Positions 8,783 to 19,300 of a DNA stretch of 33,668 nt are shown here, piece after piece. The position numbers were made by a program, and so were the translations under genes. The stretch is taken from assembly GCA_016937995.1 (NCBI GenBank), contig JAFGVM010000020.1, forward strand, positions 1 through 33,668, read 5' to 3'. How positions within the stretch are numbered: position 1 is the stretch's first letter; every line of letters begins with the position of its first letter. The notes under the pieces are model-generated. The model saw nothing but the letters and a program-made list of their open reading frames with translations, ran no database searches and was not told the origin of the DNA. The DNA is from Candidatus Delongbacteria bacterium (GTDB taxonomy: Bacteria; UBA4055).

Positions 8783-8826
8783 AAAAAAGTTGCAAGTTAT
8801 ATTAAGTTAAGCTTGCACTTTTTTTT
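8783..8826 (+). terminator. terminator-like hairpin inside the tRNA cluster
   Basis: A6-GT-TGCAAG ... CTTGCA-C-T8. Confidence 0.5.
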
Positions 8827-8834
8827 CGCAGTCT

Positions 8835-8907
<73 letters not shown>

Positions 8908-8933
8908 CTTAAATAGAACAGTATGGAGTAATG

Positions 8934-9083
8934 ATGAGAGAATTGGTGATATTGGCTTGTACAGAGTGTAAAAGAAGGAACTATACTACAGATAAAAACA
9001 AAACAACTCATTCAGCTAGAGTTGAATATAAAAAATTCTGCAAATTCTGTAAAAAGCATACTTTACACAAAGAAACAAAATAA
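8934..9083 (+). CDS. rpmG: 50S ribosomal protein L33, Zn-binding form (absent from the ORF track)
   Basis: [56 protein letters not shown]; alternative ATG at 8931. Confidence 0.97.
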   Translation: MRELVILACTECKRRNYTTDKNKTTHSARVEYKKFCKFCKKHTLHKETK

Positions 9084-9091
9084 TTTTTTAC

Positions 9092-9166
9092 AGGTGTTTA
9101 GCTCAGTCTGGTTAGAGCACCGGTCTCCAAAACCGGGTGTCGGGGGTTCGAATCCCTCAATGCCTG
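9092..9166 (+). tRNA. tRNA-Trp (CCA)
   Basis: Acceptor AGGTGTT/AATGCCT, anticodon arm CCGGT-CTCCAAA-ACCGG; conserved position before secE. Confidence 0.97.
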
Positions 9167-9187
9167 CAGAATAAACAAGAGGTTCTA

Positions 9188-9367
9188 ATGGGAAAAATGG
9201 TAGGTTATTTTAAATCATTGGTCACTGAAATGAAGCTTATAAGCTGGCCAAAGAAACCTGAAGTATGGGGATCATCAAAGATAGTTATAGCGATGTCTTT
9301 GATACTAGTCCTTTTTGTTTTTTTATCGGATCAGGTTTTAAATTGGCTGATCGGCATGTTCTTATAA
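9188..9367 (+). CDS. secE: preprotein translocase subunit SecE
   Basis: EMKLISWPKKPEV motif plus a single TM helix; GAGG RBS; synteny. Confidence 0.95.
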   Translation: MGKMVGYFKSLVTEMKLISWPKKPEVWGSSKIVIAMSLILVLFVFLSDQVLNWLIGMFL

Positions 9368-9388
9368 TAACGATCAATAGGATAAATT

Positions 9389-9919
9389 TTGAGTGCTAAG
9401 TGGTATATATTACATGTTCTGACGGGAGAAGAGTTAAGAACAAAAGAGTTCCTGGAAAGCGAGATCAAGCGATTAGGGTACGAAAACGAAGTAGAAGAGA
9501 TTTTTGTTCCTGCTGAGGAAGTAGTTCAGATGAGAAATGGCAAAAAGGTAAAAAAGACCAGATTGTTTTACCCTGGTTACATTTTTATAAGCTGTCATTT
9601 GAATAGGATTATTGAGCATTTTCTTTTAAGTAACTCAAAAGTGCTTAATTTTGTAGGTCCGAAAAATAAACCGCAGCAACTGTCAAGAAAAGAAGTTGAC
9701 CGAATGCTAGAAAAAGCTAAAGCTAATGAAGGCAAAGAAAAGGTTGAAAATATATATAAAATAGGTGATTTTGTTAAGATCGTTGATGGTCCATTTAGTG
9801 ATTTCAGTGGTGTGATCGGAGAGATTAATGAGGAAAAGCAGAGATTAAAGGTCATGGTGACTATATTTGGTAGGAGTACTCCTGTTGATCTGAATTTCCT
9901 TCAAGTGAAGTACGAATGA
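9389..9919 (+). CDS. nusG: transcription factor NusG
   Basis: WYILHV, FYPGYIF, KOW motif VKIVDGPFSDFSG, IFGRSTPV; TTG start. Confidence 0.97.
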   Translation: MSAKWYILHVLTGEELRTKEFLESEIKRLGYENEVEEIFVPAEEVVQMRNGKKVKKTRLFYPGYIFISCHLNRIIEHFLLSNSKVLNFVGPKNKPQQLSRKEVDRMLEKAKANEGKEKVENIYKIGDFVKIVDGPFSDFSGVIGEINEEKQRLKVMVTIFGRSTPVDLNFLQVKYE

Positions 9920-9948
9920 GTTTAAATTTAATAAATTAAGGATAAATT

Positions 9949-10380
9949 ATGGCTAAGAAAATTATTGGCTTTATCAAGTTACAACTACCAGGTGGAAAAG
10001 CTACACCTGCACCACCAGTAGGTCCCGCATTAGGACAGAAAGGTGTAAATATTATGGAGTTCTGTAAGACTTTCAACGCAAGAACACAAGACAAACAAGG
10101 TGATGTTATTCCTGTTGTGATCACTGTGTATCAGGATAAGTCGTTCACTTTCATAATGAAAACCTCACCTGCTTCAGTTTTGATAAGAAAAGCTTTGAAG
10201 CTTGAAAAAGGTTCACCGGTTCCAAATCTTGATAAAGTTGGCACGATTACTAGAGCTCAGCTGGAAAAAATAGCTGAAACAAAAATGGATGATCTTAATG
10301 CGAACGATCTTGATGCTGCAGTTAAGATTATTGCAGGAACTTGCAGAAGTATGGGTGTAAATGTAAAAGGGTTAAAATAA
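9949..10380 (+). CDS. rplK: 50S ribosomal protein L11
   Basis: [27 protein letters not shown]. Confidence 0.98.
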   Translation: MAKKIIGFIKLQLPGGKATPAPPVGPALGQKGVNIMEFCKTFNARTQDKQGDVIPVVITVYQDKSFTFIMKTSPASVLIRKALKLEKGSPVPNLDKVGTITRAQLEKIAETKMDDLNANDLDAAVKIIAGTCRSMGVNVKGLK

Positions 10381-10445
10381 GAGATATGCGATAATTGCCG
10401 GAGCAGATCTTTCTACCCGATAAAATTGATAATACAAGGAACAAA

Positions 10446-11147
10446 ATGAAGAATACTAAAAGAATAAAAAAAATGCTTGAAGCTTCTCCCAATAGAGTTT
10501 CCTTGAGCCTTAAGGATGCTGTGGGACTATGTAAATCAAATGCAACGGCCAAATTTGATGAAACTATCGAGCTTTCAATTAATCTGGGAGTTGATCCTAG
10601 ACATGCTGATCAGATTGTCAGAGGAGTTGTGTCACTGCCCCATGGAACAGGAAAAGAGGTAAGAGTTCTTGTATTTGCTACAGAAGATAAAGCTAAAGAA
10701 GCTTTGGATGCGGGTGCTGATTATGCAGGATTTGAAGACTACATGGAAAAAATTCAAGGCGGATGGACTGATATTGATGTTATTATTGCTACTCCAGATA
10801 TGATGGGTAAAATCGGTAGATTGGGAAAAGTATTAGGTCCAAGAGGATTAATGCCGAACCCTAAAAGTGGTACAGTAACAAATGATGTTGCAACTGCAGT
10901 AAAAGAGGTTAAAGCAGGAAAGATCGATTTCAGGACAGAGAAAAAAGGTATTGTACATGCTGGAATTGGTAAAGCTTCCTTTGAAGAAATACAGCTTGAA
11001 GAAAATATTAAAGCTTTTGTGAAAAGAATAATAGCTTTAAAACCAAGTGTTGCAAAGGGTGTATACGTTAGAAAAATAACTTTATCTTCTACAATGGGTT
11101 TGGCTTATGACATAGAAACTGCGGGTGTAATCGCAAGTGTAAGCTAA
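10446..11147 (+). CDS. rplA: 50S ribosomal protein L1
   Basis: [33 protein letters not shown] before ATG 10446. Confidence 0.98.
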   Translation: MKNTKRIKKMLEASPNRVSLSLKDAVGLCKSNATAKFDETIELSINLGVDPRHADQIVRGVVSLPHGTGKEVRVLVFATEDKAKEALDAGADYAGFEDYMEKIQGGWTDIDVIIATPDMMGKIGRLGKVLGPRGLMPNPKSGTVTNDVATAVKEVKAGKIDFRTEKKGIVHAGIGKASFEEIQLEENIKAFVKRIIALKPSVAKGVYVRKITLSSTMGLAYDIETAGVIASVS

Positions 11148-11174
11148 ATGGAAGAATTATAATTGGAGTAAAAA

Positions 11175-11696
11175 ATGGCTGAAGTTACAAATGATATTAT
11201 AAAACAACAAAGGCTTGATAAGCAGGAAGTAGTAGATGTGATCAAGCAAAAATTGTCTAAATCATCTGCTTTTTATGTCTCAAGATATGACGGTATAAAC
11301 GTTGAGGATATTTCCAGATTGAGAAAGGAACTTAAAAGCGCTAATTCTGAAATGAAAGTTTACAAAAATACATTGGTTAAGCTTGCTTTACAAGAGGAAG
11401 TTTACGGAAAGGAATTTGATTCACTTTTACTTGGACCGAATTCAATAACCTTTGCTTACGATGATCCAACCTCTACAGCTAAAATACTTTTCGATTTTGC
11501 AAAGAAAAATAAGAGTTTAGTGATCAAGGGTTGTTTGTTTGATAATGAGTTTTATGGACCGGACAAGATGTCAGTAATTAAAGATCTTCCATCAAAACAT
11601 ACATTATTATCAATGTTAGCGAATGTTCTTAGTGCACCAATGTCTAAAGTTGCAAGAACACTAGACGCTTTAAGAGAAAAAAAAGAGCAGAGTTAA
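11175..11696 (+). CDS. rplJ: 50S ribosomal protein L10
   Basis: LRKELK..KVYKNTL, GPN, DLPSK; synteny. Confidence 0.95.
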   Translation: MAEVTNDIIKQQRLDKQEVVDVIKQKLSKSSAFYVSRYDGINVEDISRLRKELKSANSEMKVYKNTLVKLALQEEVYGKEFDSLLLGPNSITFAYDDPTSTAKILFDFAKKNKSLVIKGCLFDNEFYGPDKMSVIKDLPSKHTLLSMLANVLSAPMSKVARTLDALREKKEQS

Positions 11697-11732
11697 TATA
11701 AAATATTAAAAATAAATGAATCGGAGGATTTT

Positions 11733-12092
11733 GTGCAAGAGATATTAGACAAATTGGAAAAAATGACAGCAATGGAATTGTCTGAACTTGTTAAAGCTAT
11801 CGAAGAGAAGTTCGATGTTACAGCAGCAGCAGCTACTGTAGTAGCAAGTGGACCAGTTGCTGAGTCTGCAGAAGAAGAAAAATCTGAATTTGATGTTGTT
11901 CTTCTTTCACCTGGCGACAAAAAGATCGCAGTTATTAAAGTTGTAAGAGAACTTACAGGTTTGGGATTGAAAGAGGCAAAAGCATTAGTTGATGGTTGTC
12001 CAAACACCATTAAAGAAGCAGTACCAAAAGATGAAGCTGAAAAGATAAAAACTCTAATCGAAGAATCAGGTGGTCAAGCAGATCTTAAGTAA
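11733..12092 (+). CDS. rplL: 50S ribosomal protein L7/L12
   Basis: EEKSEFDVVL, KIAVIKVVRELTGLGLKEAKALVD; GGAGG RBS, GTG start. Confidence 0.98.
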   Translation: MQEILDKLEKMTAMELSELVKAIEEKFDVTAAAATVVASGPVAESAEEEKSEFDVVLLSPGDKKIAVIKVVRELTGLGLKEAKALVDGCPNTIKEAVPKDEAEKIKTLIEESGGQADLK

Positions 12093-12124
12093 ATTTATAA
12101 AAATTAAAGCTAAATCTGTTTAGG

Positions 12125-12160
12125 AAAAGTTATTCTCACAGAGAGGGAATAACTTTTTCT
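12125..12160 (+). terminator. rplL-rpoB intergenic terminator/attenuator
   Basis: AAAAGTTATTCTC/GGGAATAACTTTT stem with a T-rich tail. Confidence 0.7.
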
Positions 12161-12340
12161 GCGTTTATAAAGCGCAATAAAGAATTTTCGGTAGTTTAAA
12201 ATATAATTAGGCACGAAAGAGCATAAAATGTTCATAAAAAATAAACTAAAACATAAATAGTTGTTGTATTAAAAATGTTTTAGTTTTTTGTATTTTAAAC
12301 TTCTGAGTCCTTTAACGAATACATAATTTTACAGGAGGAC

Positions 12341-15300
12341 TTGATTTTGAATAAAAATAATGACCAACAGAGACAATCCTTTGCAAAGATCAAAACAGTC
12401 ATCGAAATGCCAAATTTACTTGAGCTTCAGCTAAATTCTTTTGATAAATTTTTGCAAAAAAATGCGAGAAGACAGAAAAAAGATAATGCTGGCTTGCACA
12501 GAGTTTTTAAGAATACATTTCCAATTACTGATACCCGTGAAAGATATTTATTGGAATATCTTGATTATGCTGTTGGACAACCAAAATATTCGGTTGTTGA
12601 ATGTCAGGAAATAGGAGCGACATACAGTGCGCCATTAAAAGTCAGATTAAGGTTGTCAAAGAAATCAGAAGGGTCAGAAGAATTTGATCATACAATAGAG
12701 TCGGAAACTTATTTTGGTACTTTACCTATAATGAGCCCGAAAGGGACTTTCATAATTAATGGAGCTGAAAGAGTTATTGTAACACAACTTCACAGATCTC
12801 CGGGAGTATTCTTTTCTTCAAGAGTACATCCTAATTCTACAACACTGTATTCCGCTAAGGTAATTCCTTTCAGAGGTTCATGGCTGGAGTATGAAACTAC
12901 AATCAATGACTCGATGCAGGTATATATTGACAGAAGAAAAAAATTCCCGATAAGCACTTTTTTGAGAGCAATGGGTTTTTCTACAAACGAAGAGATCTAT
13001 GATCTTTTTGACCTGTATGAAAAAGTTAAAATAAATAAAAAAAGCATAACCGAATTAGTTGACAGGACCTTGTTCGAAGAGATCATTATAAGTGATGTTA
13101 ATACTAGCGAAGATAAAGCTCAACCACTGATACTTGCAACTGGAACAAAATTAACATTTGAGCAATTGGAGCAACTTTATAACAGTAATGTGAAAAGTAT
13201 AGTTCTGGTTAAATCCAATGACAGATTGAAATTTAATTTGATCATGAACAGTCTGAAGAAAGATAGTACAGAAAATCAAGACGACGCATTACTGTATATA
13301 TACGAGCAATTAAGATTAACTGAAGCTCCAGATATTGATACAGCAAAAAAGCACTTTGAAAGAATGTTCTTCGATGAAAAAAGATATGATCTTGGTGAGG
13401 TGGGAAGATATAGAATAAACCAGAAAATGGATAACAATCTTGAGTCACTGATCGATTTCTTAAGAAGGAACAGCAGAAAGAAGACAATTAGGCTTAAGAA
13501 AGATGAAGAACAATATGAAAATATCACGATAGATAAGTTACTTAAGACTCTGGATAAAGGTAAACCTAGTGAGAAAAAAGAAGTTATTTCAATGCTTGAA
13601 AAAACTTATCTTGAGGCTACTTTAGTAACCGAATACGATATAGTGTCGATCATTAAAGAATTACTTGAGATAAAAAACGGAAAAAAAATAGTTGATGATA
13701 TTGATCACCTTGGAAACAGAAGAGTAAAAACTGTAGGTGAGCAACTTGCAAATCAATTCGGAATTGCACTTTCTAGAATGAGTAGAACGATCAAAGAGCG
13801 TATGTCATTAGCTAAACCGGAAGATGAAATCGCTGTTGCTGATCTGATAAACATAAGAACCCTTTCAAGTGTTTTAAATGCTTTTTTTGGAACGAATCAA
13901 CTTTCTCAATTCATGGATCAGGTGAATCCTTTGGCTGAGATTACACACAAAAGAAGACTTTCAGCACTTGGTGCAGGTGGATTGACAAGGGACAGAGCTG
14001 GATTTGAAGTTCGAGATGTGCACTACACTCATTACGGAAGACTTTGTCCGATCGAAACACCAGAGGGGCCTAATATAGGTTTGATCTCATCTTTGGCAAC
14101 TTATGCAAGAGTGAACAACATGGGCTTCATTGAAACTCCTTATAGAAAAGTCAAGGGTGGTAAAGTTACGAATGATGTTGAATATTTGACAGCAGATGAA
14201 GAAGATAGAAATGTCATTGCACAGGCTAATGCCCCATTGGACGATAAAGGAAATTTCAAAAACCCTGACAGTATTTTAACCCGTTACAGAGGTGATTTCC
14301 CGATAGAGACAAAAAATAAAGTCAATTACATGGACTGTACACCGACTCAAGTTGTATCTGCCGCTGCAAATCTGATCCCTTTCCTTGAACACGACGATGC
14401 GAACAGAGCATTGATGGGATCCAATATGCAACGTCAGGCGGTTCCTTTACTTACAACAGACTCTCCATATGTGGGAACAGGCATGGAATCTAAAATTGCA
14501 AAAGATTCAAAAGCGATGGTTGAATCTGATGTTGAGGGTGAAGTGTTAAAGATTGATGCAAAGGGTTGTCTTGTAAAAGTGACGAAAAAAGAAGATCCAA
14601 AAGATCCGGATGAAAAATATTATAAATTTGTTAAATTTTTCAGAACTAATCAGGATACAAGTATTAACCATATTCCGATCGTGCACAAAGGTGACAAAAT
14701 TAAACCTGGAGATATTATTGCTGACGGACCTGCTACTGACCACGGGGAATTAGCTTTAGGTAAAAATGTACTTGTAGCTTATATGTCCTGGAACGGTTAT
14801 AATTTTGAGGATGCGATCATTTTAAGTGAAAGACTGGTAAGGGAAGATGTTTTCACCTCTCTTCATATTAAGGAATACGAGATAAATGTTAAAGAGACAA
14901 AAAGAGGTGAGGAGGAGTTGACAAGAGAAATACCTAATGTCAGTGAGGAAGCCACCAAGAATTTAGATGATGAAGGTATCATAAGAATAGGTGCTGAAGT
15001 ATATCCTGGTGATATTCTTGTTGGAAAGGTAACTCCTAAAGGTGAAGTAAATTTAACTCCCGAGGACAAACTTTTAAAAGCTATTTTTGGTGAGAAAGCC
15101 GGAGAGGTTAAGGATGCATCCTTAAGAGTACCTCCAGGGGATAAAGGAATTGTTATTGAAACAAAAATATTCTCCCGAAAGAAAAAAGATCCTTCAAAAA
15201 AGAGTAAAGAGAAGGATTCAATAAAGAAGCTCAAAAAGCAGTATGAAATGGATATGAAAGCTGTTGAAGAAGAAAGAGCAAAAGATCTTTATTTTTTACT

Positions 15301-16303
15301 TAAGGGTAAAAAGATAGTGAATGAGGTAATGTGTCTGGAAAGCGGATCAGGAAAAAAAGTAGTAGTTCTTTCTCCTGGTGATAAAGTTTCGATAAAGTCT
15401 TTCTACAGTCTGAATATTGAAGACGCCAATATTTCAACTGAATGGACTGATGATGATGATCTAAACGAAAAAGTTTCAGATATTATTTCTAACTATTCCT
15501 TAATTGTGGATCAGTTGAACGTTGATTTTCAGAGAGATAGACAAAAGCTTTTATATGGAGATGAACTTCCTCCTGGAATTATCCAGCTTGTGAAAGTTTA
15601 TATAGCTAAAAAAAGAAAGATCCAGATCGGTGATAAAATGGCTGGTAGACATGGAAATAAAGGTATTGTTTCCAGGATAGTACCCGAAGAGGATCTGCCG
15701 TATCTTGAAGATGGAACACCGGTAGATATAATTTTGAATCCACTTGGTGTACCTTCCAGAATGAATCCTGGTCAGATATTTGAAACAAATCTAGGATGGG
15801 CCGGGAAAAAATTAGGTATGAAATATGCGACTCCGGTTTTCGATGGTGCCACTTTGACGGATGTTAAACAAAAATTGAAAGAAGCTAAATTACCTCATTC
15901 AGGAAAATCAGTTTTATATGACGGTCTTACCGGGGAAAAATTTGAGCAGGAAATAACTGTAGGGATAACATACATGTTAAAGTTATCACATTTAGTTGAG
16001 GATAAATTGCATGCCCGTTCAATTGGACCTTACTCATTGATAACTCAGCAGCCTTTAGGTGGTAAGGCACAATTTGGTGGTCAAAGGTTCGGAGAAATGG
16101 AAGTATGGGCACTGGAAGCTTATGGAGCTGTTCATATTCTACAAGAAATGCTTACTTATAAGTCTGACGATGTTGTCGGAAGAACTAAAGTTTATGAAGC
16201 TATAGTGAAAGGTAAAGAGATACCGAAACCAGGTATTCCTGAAGCTTTCAATGTGCTTGTAAAAGAACTTTACGGATTAAATCTTGACGTAACATTAGAG
16301 TAA
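12341..16303 (+). CDS. rpoB: RNA polymerase beta subunit
   Basis: GTFIINGAERV, LSQFMDQ, HYGRLCPIETPEGPNIGL, GDKMAGRHGNKG, GGQRFGEME; AGGAGG RBS, TTG start. Confidence 0.99.
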   Translation: MILNKNNDQQRQSFAKIKTVIEMPNLLELQLNSFDKFLQKNARRQKKDNAGLHRVFKNTFPITDTRERYLLEYLDYAVGQPKYSVVECQEIGATYSAPLKVRLRLSKKSEGSEEFDHTIESETYFGTLPIMSPKGTFIINGAERVIVTQLHRSPGVFFSSRVHPNSTTLYSAKVIPFRGSWLEYETTINDSMQVYIDRRKKFPISTFLRAMGFSTNEEIYDLFDLYEKVKINKKSITELVDRTLFEEIIISDVNTSEDKAQPLILATGTKLTFEQLEQLYNSNVKSIVLVKSNDRLKFNLIMNSLKKDSTENQDDALLYIYEQLRLTEAPDIDTAKKHFERMFFDEKRYDLGEVGRYRINQKMDNNLESLIDFLRRNSRKKTIRLKKDEEQYENITIDKLLKTLDKGKPSEKKEVISMLEKTYLEATLVTEYDIVSIIKELLEIKNGKKIVDDIDHLGNRRVKTVGEQLANQFGIALSRMSRTIKERMSLAKPEDEIAVADLINIRTLSSVLNAFFGTNQLSQFMDQVNPLAEITHKRRLSALGAGGLTRDRAGFEVRDVHYTHYGRLCPIETPEGPNIGLISSLATYARVNNMGFIETPYRKVKGGKVTNDVEYLTADEEDRNVIAQANAPLDDKGNFKNPDSILTRYRGDFPIETKNKVNYMDCTPTQVVSAAANLIPFLEHDDANRALMGSNMQRQAVPLLTTDSPYVGTGMESKIAKDSKAMVESDVEGEVLKIDAKGCLVKVTKKEDPKDPDEKYYKFVKFFRTNQDTSINHIPIVHKGDKIKPGDIIADGPATDHGELALGKNVLVAYMSWNGYNFEDAIILSERLVREDVFTSLHIKEYEINVKETKRGEEELTREIPNVSEEATKNLDDEGIIRIGAEVYPGDILVGKVTPKGEVNLTPEDKLLKAIFGEKAGEVKDASLRVPPGDKGIVIETKIFSRKKKDPSKKSKEKDSIKKLKKQYEMDMKAVEEERAKDLYFLLKGKKIVNEVMCLESGSGKKVVVLSPGDKVSIKSFYSLNIEDANISTEWTDDDDLNEKVSDIISNYSLIVDQLNVDFQRDRQKLLYGDELPPGIIQLVKVYIAKKRKIQIGDKMAGRHGNKGIVSRIVPEEDLPYLEDGTPVDIILNPLGVPSRMNPGQIFETNLGWAGKKLGMKYATPVFDGATLTDVKQKLKEAKLPHSGKSVLYDGLTGEKFEQEITVGITYMLKLSHLVEDKLHARSIGPYSLITQQPLGGKAQFGGQRFGEMEVWALEAYGAVHILQEMLTYKSDDVVGRTKVYEAIVKGKEIPKPGIPEAFNVLVKELYGLNLDVTLE

Positions 16304-16392
16304 GACATAGATCCGGTTCAAAACGTATAATTGAAGAAGAAATAGCAATTTCTGTAGAAAAAATGTTATTGGTACCAAAACAGGAGTTTAAA

Positions 16393-19300
16393 ATGCCAAG
16401 ATTACGACAAAGAGATGTTTTACATAAAACTTATTCAAAGTTCTCAATAAAACTACTATCAAGTGAGCAGGTCCTTAAGGACAGTAAAGGAGAAGTTACA
16501 AAACCCGAAACCGTGAATTACAGAACATATAAACCAGAAAAGGATGGATTGTTCTGTGAAAAAATATTTGGACCTCAGAAAGACTGGGAATGTTCATGTG
16601 GTAAGTATAAAGGATCACGTTACAAAGGTGTTACCTGTGATAAATGTGGTGTTGAAGTAAATAAAAGAAGTGTAAGAAGAGAAAGAATAGGCCACATTAA
16701 GTTAGCGGTCCCTATTGTCCACATATGGTTCTTTAGGTCATTACCTTCAAAGATTGGTAACCTGCTGGATTACACAGTAAAGGTTCTGGAACAGATAATA
16801 TATTACGAAAAGTATGTCGTTATTAAATCAGGAAGAATAATCGAAGATTATCAAAACCTGATAGAAAAGTATTCAAAAAGTTACCTTGAAAAGTATCACA
16901 AATTCATTACAGAACTGGAGAAAGTATTTTATCTCTCTATTAAAGATATCGCCCACAATAATAAGCTTGGTCTTATCACGAAGGAATTCACAGCTAACTT
17001 TGAGGATAATGAAGAGAATCAAAGATTGTATGAAGACTTGAGTGCCTTTATTAAAGAGACAGCAGATGTTATTGAGGGGTATGTTGCCGAAAAATACAGA
17101 GAGAAAGATATTAGACAAAGGATTTATGGCACATTATTCGATGATGAAAATTTCAGCGAAATAATATCTAAATTCGTCGATATTGATAAAGATTTCCTTG
17201 CAGTTGAAGAAAAAGATAAGAAAGAAGTGCTGTGTTTTGATAAATTGATAAAAGATCTTGTAAACTTGAGATTTATGAGTATCGTAAAAGACATTAAGTA
17301 CAAGGCTTTAATATCAGAAAGTGACTACAATGATATTCTGGAGAAAACTGAAAATTATGAAGATGAGTATCAGGATTACGAACAGTTTCAGGCAGAAATA
17401 GGTGCGGAAGCTATTCGTTTATTGTTGTCAAAAACGGATGTACGAAGATTATCCAAGGAAATGAGAAAAGAGATCAATAATGAAAAATCAGAAGCTGTAA
17501 AGTACGAAATACTTAAAAAATTAAGCGTTGTTGAGTCTTTTAAAAATAATATGGAAACCAACAAACCGGAATATATGGTGCTTGATGTTGTTCCTGTTAT
17601 TCCTCCGGAATTAAGACCATTGGTTCCTTTAGAAGGTGGAAGATTTGCCACATCTGATCTCAACGATCTTTATCGTAGGGTCATTATCAGGAACAATAGA
17701 CTTAAAAAGATGCTGGACATCAAAGCTCCAGAGGTTATTGTAAGAAATGAAAAAAGGATGATCCAGGAATCGGTTGATTCACTATTTGATAACGGACGTA
17801 AGAATAATGTTGTTAGAAGTGACGGTAAAAGAGCATTAAAATCTTTATCTGATTCACTTAAAGGTAAACAGGGTAGATTTAGAAGTAATCTCCTTGGTAA
17901 AAGGGTTGATTATTCCTGCCGTTCTGTGATCGTGGTCGGTCCAAAATTAAATTTGAACCAATGTGGTCTGCCAAAAGAAATGGCTCTTGAACTGTATAAA
18001 CCATATTTGATCAGAAAACTTATTGAATATGATCCAAGTGTAACCACAATTAAGAACGCTAAAAAAGAAATTGAGAACGGAACAGATAAAGTTTGGGAAT
18101 TATTAGAAGCATTAGTGGATGCACATCCTGTTCTTCTAAACAGAGCACCAACCTTGCACAGGCTGGGTATACAGGCATTTCAACCAACATTAGTTGAAGG
18201 AAAGGCAATTCAGCTTCATCCGCTTGTATGTAAAGCATTTAATGCTGATTTTGACGGTGACCAAATGGCTGTACATCTTCCATTATCTCCGGAAGCAAAA
18301 CTTGAAGCAAGACTGTTGATGATGGCTTCTCATAATCTGTTACATCCTGCATCAGGAAAACCTGTGGCATACCCTACTCAGGATATGGTCTTGGGTATTT
18401 ATTATATGACAAAAACAAAAGCTGAAAAATCTAAAAACCCAAAAGTTTTTTCCAGTGTTGATGAAATTGAAATGGCTTTGGACTTTAAAACTTTAGATTA
18501 TCACTCGAACATCAAGTTCCTTTACAAAGGTGAATTAATAGATACAACTCCTGGAAGAGTTATGTTCAATGAAGTTCTTCCAAAAGAAATGATGGATGCA
18601 AAATTCTATAATGAACTTATGATCAGTTCGAATGTTGAGAGAATAATCGAGGAAGCAATTGAAGAAGTAGGATTCAGTGCTACATCTTTATTCCTGGATA
18701 GACTTAAGGATTTCGGTTATTATTATGCTACAAAATCCGGTATCTCAATAGGATTAAATGATTTTGTGATTTCAGATGAAAAGGATAAAATGCTTGCTCA
18801 GGCAGAAAAAAGAGTAGGACTTATAAAATCTTCATATGAAGAGGGTCAGATAACTGATACTGAAAGATATAATAAAGTTGTGGATGAATGGACTAAAGCA
18901 ACTAATAGGATCGAAAATGACATGTATGAGAATCTTAGACTTGATAATGACGGGTTCAATCCGGTATTTATGATGATGGATTCTAAGGCAAGGGGTTCTA
19001 GAACTCAGATAAAGCAGATCTGCGGTATCAGAGGACTTATGCAAAAACCTCAGAAAAAAATTGAAGTTTCATCTGATTCTGTTATTGAAAATCCAATTAA
19101 AACTAACTTCATTGATGGACTTTCTGTATTAGACTATTTTATTTCAACACATGGTGGAAGGAAAGGACTTGCGGATACTGCGTTAAAAACGGCTGATGCC
19201 GGTTATCTGACAAGAAAACTTGTAGATGTGGCTCATGATGTTGTAATTACAGAAAATGATTGTGAAACAATAATGGGTATTGATATTACCGATCTTAAAG

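Noticed and set aside
9137..9187. N-terminal extension of SecE in the ORF track
   Set aside because: Overlaps tRNA-Trp; the RBS supports ATG 9188
16834..17290. Intein in RpoC
   Set aside because: No Cys/Ser start with a His-Asn end, and no LAGLIDADG motif
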